Shown here piece by piece: positions 47,728 through 52,590 of a stretch of DNA of 52,590 nt. A program made the translations under genes and the position numbers. The notes beneath the pieces were generated by a model. It saw only the letters and a list, made by a program, of their open reading frames with translations, did not search any database and was not told the DNA's origin. Source of the DNA: Lobosporangium transversale (lineage: Eukaryota); contig NW_019029000.1 of the NCBI RefSeq assembly GCF_002105155.1, positions 620,001 to 672,590 of the forward strand, written 5' to 3'. Every line of letters begins with the position of its first letter. Position 1 is the first letter of the stretch.

Positions 47728-49167
47728 TTAGTCCTTCTTCTTGTCATCTTTGTTATCACCATTGTCATTATTCTTTATATCATCAGGGTGCAGCTTATGA
47801 TGCAATTCATCCTTCAGCTTCTCAAATGTTGACTTAAAGAATCCTCCCGATGACGATTCATCCTTACTTGAGCTAGAAGAGCTTGATGTAGATGACGAAG
47901 ATGTTGTGCTGTTGGGGTAGGTTATTTCCGCAAACTTCTCTAAAATCTCACGCTGAGCTTTGGACAATGTTTTTGGAAGCGCCACTTTAAGTGTTACAAA
48001 TTGGTCTCCTTTGTCGCTCCTGTTCAATCTTTGAATACCGCGTTTGGCAAGTCGGCTCACGTCGTTAGGCTGTGTTCCAGATGGGATCTTGAGGTCAACA
48101 TCGCCATCGACTGTAGAGATTTTGACTGTTCCTCCCAAGGCGGCGGTTGTGAAAGGAATGGTCGTCTCGGTATATACATCAGCCCCTTGACGCTTGAAGA
48201 AAGGCGAGGGCTTTACCCTTAGACGGACAAACAAGTCTCCTGCTTTGCCTTCACCATGGATAGGTGCATTGCCCTTTCCGCTCAAACGAATACGAACTCC
48301 CTCATCAGCACCTAAAATTGAAATAGGGTTAAAAAAAATTACTAACAAAAAAAAAAAACTTCATGCAATATCCCATTAAAAAACGAAATAAACGGTACCT
48401 GCAGGAATATGAACATCCACATTCTCATGAACACGGACGCGACCAACGCCCCCACAAGTTAAGCACTCCTTGCCCTTCTGCAGCACAGTACCTACACCAC
48501 CACATGCCTGACATGGTGCTGACATATGGAATCCTTGGAGTGAAATCTTTTGCTGACCTGTTCCTTGGCAAACTTTACAGGTGTCAGGCGCTTTGCCGCT
48601 CTTAGTTCCAAAACCATGACAGGGTTCACATGTCCTGATCGGGTCAATCATCACCTTCTTTGATGATCCCTTAACAGCCTCCATGAAATCAACCACCAAC
48701 GGTATCTCGAGATCTTCACCTACACTCGTGAATCCAGATGATCTAGCTCCACGAGGCCCACCAAATCCTCCGCCGAAAAAATCAAACACTTCTTCAAAAT
48801 TGCCAAAGCCTGCAGCGCCTGGGAAGCCGCCTGGGAAGCCACCAGGGAATCCGCCGGCTCCTTGTGCTGAATTACCTAAGTGTGAAGCGAAAAATAAGGA
48901 GACATATTCGTCAGCACTTTAACAATCTGAATTAATGGAAAAACGATGGCTCTACAGGGAGAACTCTTACCACCGAAGCCGGCATGGCCGAACTCATCGT
49001 ATTGCGCCTTCTTCTGCTCGTCTGATAAGATTTCGTATGCTTCTTGGATCTGTACAAATTTTTCACGTGCTGCTGGATCTTTGTTGGTGTCTGGATGATA
49101 TTGTTTGGCGAGCTGATTGGTAAGAGGATATTAGAACCTTGGATGCTTCTGATCAATCAATATGGGT

Positions 49168-49211
<44 letters not shown>

Positions 49212-50003
49212 CATAATTAAATAAAAAGCTATACCTGATAATATGCCTTCTTGATCTCTGCCTGAGTAGCGTTCTTCTTGACCCCAAGAAGGGCATAAGG
49301 GTCCTGTTGACTAGCCGACGTGGGAGCTAAAATATATTATTGATCAGCAATGTCAAAGTCTACAGTGTGAGTCATAATAGCCAGAACCTCATAATCAGAA
49401 TTACGAACCAGCATACTGATTGAAGTCTATCCTGGTTACTATTGGATGCTCCAATGATTCAATGCTCTGTCATAGGGGTTATAGTACCTGAGGCATGGAA
49501 GTTACGCTAAGAGGTTTTACAAAGATTACAGAAAAGCGATGATGAATGAGTTGGGGTAATCAAATTAAACCTTGCAAGATCGGAGCGAGGCAGCATTGAT
49601 CATAGGGCAAAAACCTCGATACGGACACACAGAGAAAGAAGCTCGTACCTGCTGACTGAACACGGAAGGAGCACATCCTACAGCTTGCCCATATCCTATT
49701 ATAATTTCGCAGTAAGTTGACAAGATGAAGAGTTAGCCGGATCGAGCAATAGGTTCTCCATGTTCCTAAGACATAGATCGATATCGAAAAAAGAAACACT
49801 GATCTACAATCGCGGAGAACAGAGTCGGGCACCGCACCTTTAAGGAAGTTGCCAGTCTGGATACCATTGGTAACCAAGCGTTTTGGACCAAGAACTGAGA
49901 ATGCTCTAGGGACTCCGAGGGAAACGGCAGGAGCAGTAGCTTGGATCCTGGCTGATTGAGAAGTGCAACGAGACCCAATGCGAAGAACCGATGTAGCTGA
50001 CAT
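47728..50003 (-). CDS. MDJ1: Mitochondrial type I DnaJ/Hsp40 chaperone, multi-exon
   Basis: Arg/Ser-rich presequence, J domain ([26 protein letters not shown]), G/F region, four CxxCxGxG repeats and C-terminal substrate-binding domain. Confidence 0.9.
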
Positions 50004-51232
50004 GCCGTTGTAAATCCTAATGTGCGTTTTATTTTCCAATAATTGAAAGGGAAAAGAAAAATGTGGCTCAAGCGAAGCAGAGTGTTTTATAAAAAATAAA
50101 AAATAAAAAAAAAAGTTGCACTCCGTGGACAAGGACAATGAACAAAATAGAAAACTTTGCTGCGTTCTTTCCTACATGTACACACTTTTCCCGAGCCCTT
50201 TATTCTTTTTTCTTTTTTATTCCACCAGTTCTTCCGAGTAAGGAAACTTAAGGTGGGCCCTTCTTCGCCGTGTGGTGGCTTAGCTAATATGATCCATCAA
50301 CTTGTCCATTTAATATATATTTTTAATTTAAAGGGATTGAATTGATTGAGCGGCTGATTGATTTACGATGAATTCATATTCTTTACGAAAATATAACTTT
50401 ATCAACAAAATATAAAATACACGAATGCTCTAATGCTCTTAATGCTATAGTCAACGGAGTCAAACGACTCTTGTCCACAATTGATCAGTGGATGAATGCC
50501 TTTCCCACGAGATTACTGACGCCTGTGTATCAATGTCACCATCAATGTCTTTTATGTCTGTACCACTGGGCATTTTTAAACACGTATTTTTTTATTTTTC
50601 ACTTTCATTCTTGATCGATTGGCCAAAGTATATTACTAACAGGTCGGAGCATAGCCATTAAAAACAAAAGAAAAGAAGCATGATCTTCGACTAACAAGAA
50701 CGGCAAGAACGAGCGACATGGCCAATAGTTCGAGTTCGAGCTTCTTAAAATATAAGCTACGTCTTGCATGCACCGGACAAAAGCATAAGTAAGAAGCTAA
50801 TTAGTGATTAACACTGCCACTAAGACAAGTTCTAGAGACAAGCAAGGAAAAAAAGAAAAGAAAAAAAGAAAAGTTGGGTTACTTGGTTGAAGAAGTGGAA
50901 TCATCATGGCGAAGACAATAAAAAAAGAAAGAAAAAGAAAAAGACAGAGAAGACATTTGCACACGAGCACAAGTCTCAAATTCAAGCTCTGAGCCTTTTC
51001 AATTTTTGTGTGTTTATTAGTCTTCAAGAGATGATTTGGGATTCTGAACTTGTCTCCAGAGCCCCCACCCATCTTACACCCCAGCCCAGCATTTCCCTTT
51101 TTCTTTTTACACTTTCCTGTGTTGGAAGGCATCCAACCTGCATACATTCCCACTCCAAAACTGGCTCTCTCTCTCTATTAAACAAACTCATACACCACCC
51201 CCTGTTCCTGTTGCACCACTCCAAAACACGCT

Positions 51233-51270
<38 letters not shown>

Positions 51271-51368
51271 CTTTCTTTTTCTTTCCCTGTACACTCCATT
51301 TAGCATTTTGTTTTTCCACTTTATTTTATTTTATTTTTTTTGTCTGAATTCGCATTGACTTCCTCGCC

Positions 51369-51671
51369 ATGGTGGACTTTGGCCTCTTCGCAGGTGCCAT
51401 ACAACTGGCAACCATCATCAACGAAATAGCCAGAGCAGCGCAGGCTAATAAAGTCAGTTGCATGGCCATGAACCATCGGATCCAGACAGCCAATGAGATC
51501 ATAAAAGTTGCCTTTGAACAACATAAAGTCAATCCAAAAAGTCTTGTCATATCCGAGAGTGCATTCAAAACATATTTTCAATTACTGGAACGAATGCGCG
51601 ACTTTGTGGCCGAAATTAGCAAGCGAAAGACCTTCTCCAAGGTAAAAGATATAGTTCCAGAGATATACTCT

Positions 51672-51705
<34 letters not shown>

Positions 51706-52590
51706 CCTCTGGCGCACTGGCTGCGAGCTATTTCTGTTCGCTGAAGAGAGTCCTAAAAAAATGGCTTTATTTCTCAAATAGTTATTCTATGCACTGAGAT
51801 TTCGGGACGAGTTCGATGCGTTGCTGCGAGATTTTGACAGTTGTGTTTTGGATGTGAGTATCGGAAGCTTCAATGATTGTCCTTACCTTTATTTTCAAAA
51901 AAAAAAAAAAAAAAAAAAAAAAACAAACGTCTAATCAATTGTGCTATGCTATGCTCCCTTGTAGTTAAACCTTGGCATTGCTTTGCGGACACAATCGCAA
52001 CTTGAAAAGGATAGGAGTGCACTAGAAGAAGACATGACGGAACTACGGACTTTTCGGAAGGAGCTTCAGAGCGGTATTGATTGCTTGGGGGGTCAACTCA
52101 TGGGCATCCGTCAGATGATCGCGACCAATAGGCCCATGGACGATATCTTAGCACTGGTAGAGATCGATTATAAACAAATTACAGACATCACTCCAGGGGA
52201 AACACGCCATGGACGAACGTTCCCAGTCCATAAGAAAGCATGGCTCGCACAAGAGGTTGCAGAGAAGCCATTAGGATTCTTTGGTTCACAGGATATGCTT
52301 GATATGCTCAAGAACGAAATCGCCATTCTCAAAAAGCTCGATCGTTGCAACTATATTACAAAATTCATGGGCATTACTAACAGAAATAACAACATCAGTA
52401 TTATCATGGAATGGCTACCCGGTGGCGATCTTGCAACTGCTCTTGCTTCAGTAAGTTACTAACTAATAATAATAATAATGGTAGTTGTAGAACGCTCATA
52501 TACCGCAATGGAGCACGTGGCTAACTGTTACTGCATGATCAATTCGTTTTTACACTTTAATGTATGAAGGGCGACATGGATTGGGAGCAG
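51369..52590 (+). CDS. MLKL-N-terminal-like helical domain + protein kinase (runs off window)
   Basis: Exons ~51369-51641, 51782-51853 and 51965-52450 give IINEIARAAQANKVSC..RIQ..LLERMRDFVAEISK..FRDEFDALLRDFDSCVLDLNL, then kinase N-lobe EVAEK..NEIAILKKL..ITKFMG..IIMEWLPGGDL. Confidence 0.72.

Overview
Eukaryotic DNA, most likely from an early-diverging fungus (Mortierellaceae-like, inferred from gene content, short GT-AG introns and long A/T homopolymers). The window has two compartments. Bases ~1-39.6 kb are an accessory region built from transposons and Crinkler (CRN) effector genes. It holds six Tc1-like copies from four families (two DD34E, two with DD39E spacing), a deleted IS630/Tc1-superfamily element, fragments of one Ty3/Gypsy, and a 5'-truncated chromovirus whose gag-pol frame can be reconstructed after removing two nested insertions. 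It also holds a solo LTR, a MULE transposase element, three full 3-exon CRN genes (Ubl header + P-loop NTPase + PD-(D/E)xK nuclease, ~751 aa), one CRN 3' fragment and CRN pseudogenes. Two fold-back inverted duplications are present: 1.4 kb arms of a Tc1 and 3.7 kb arms carrying CRN. Every Tc1 with both ends present has non-matching left and right flanks, and both arms of the CRN palindrome end at the same TA but are capped by different Tc1 families. This points to Tc1-end-driven rearrangement amplifying the effector, though assembly chimerism must be excluded. Bases ~40-52.6 kb are an ordinary gene-dense region: TM2-domain protein, ELYS-like nucleoporin, TVP38/TMEM64, mitochondrial DnaJ (MDJ1), and the start of an MLKL-like helical domain + kinase gene.
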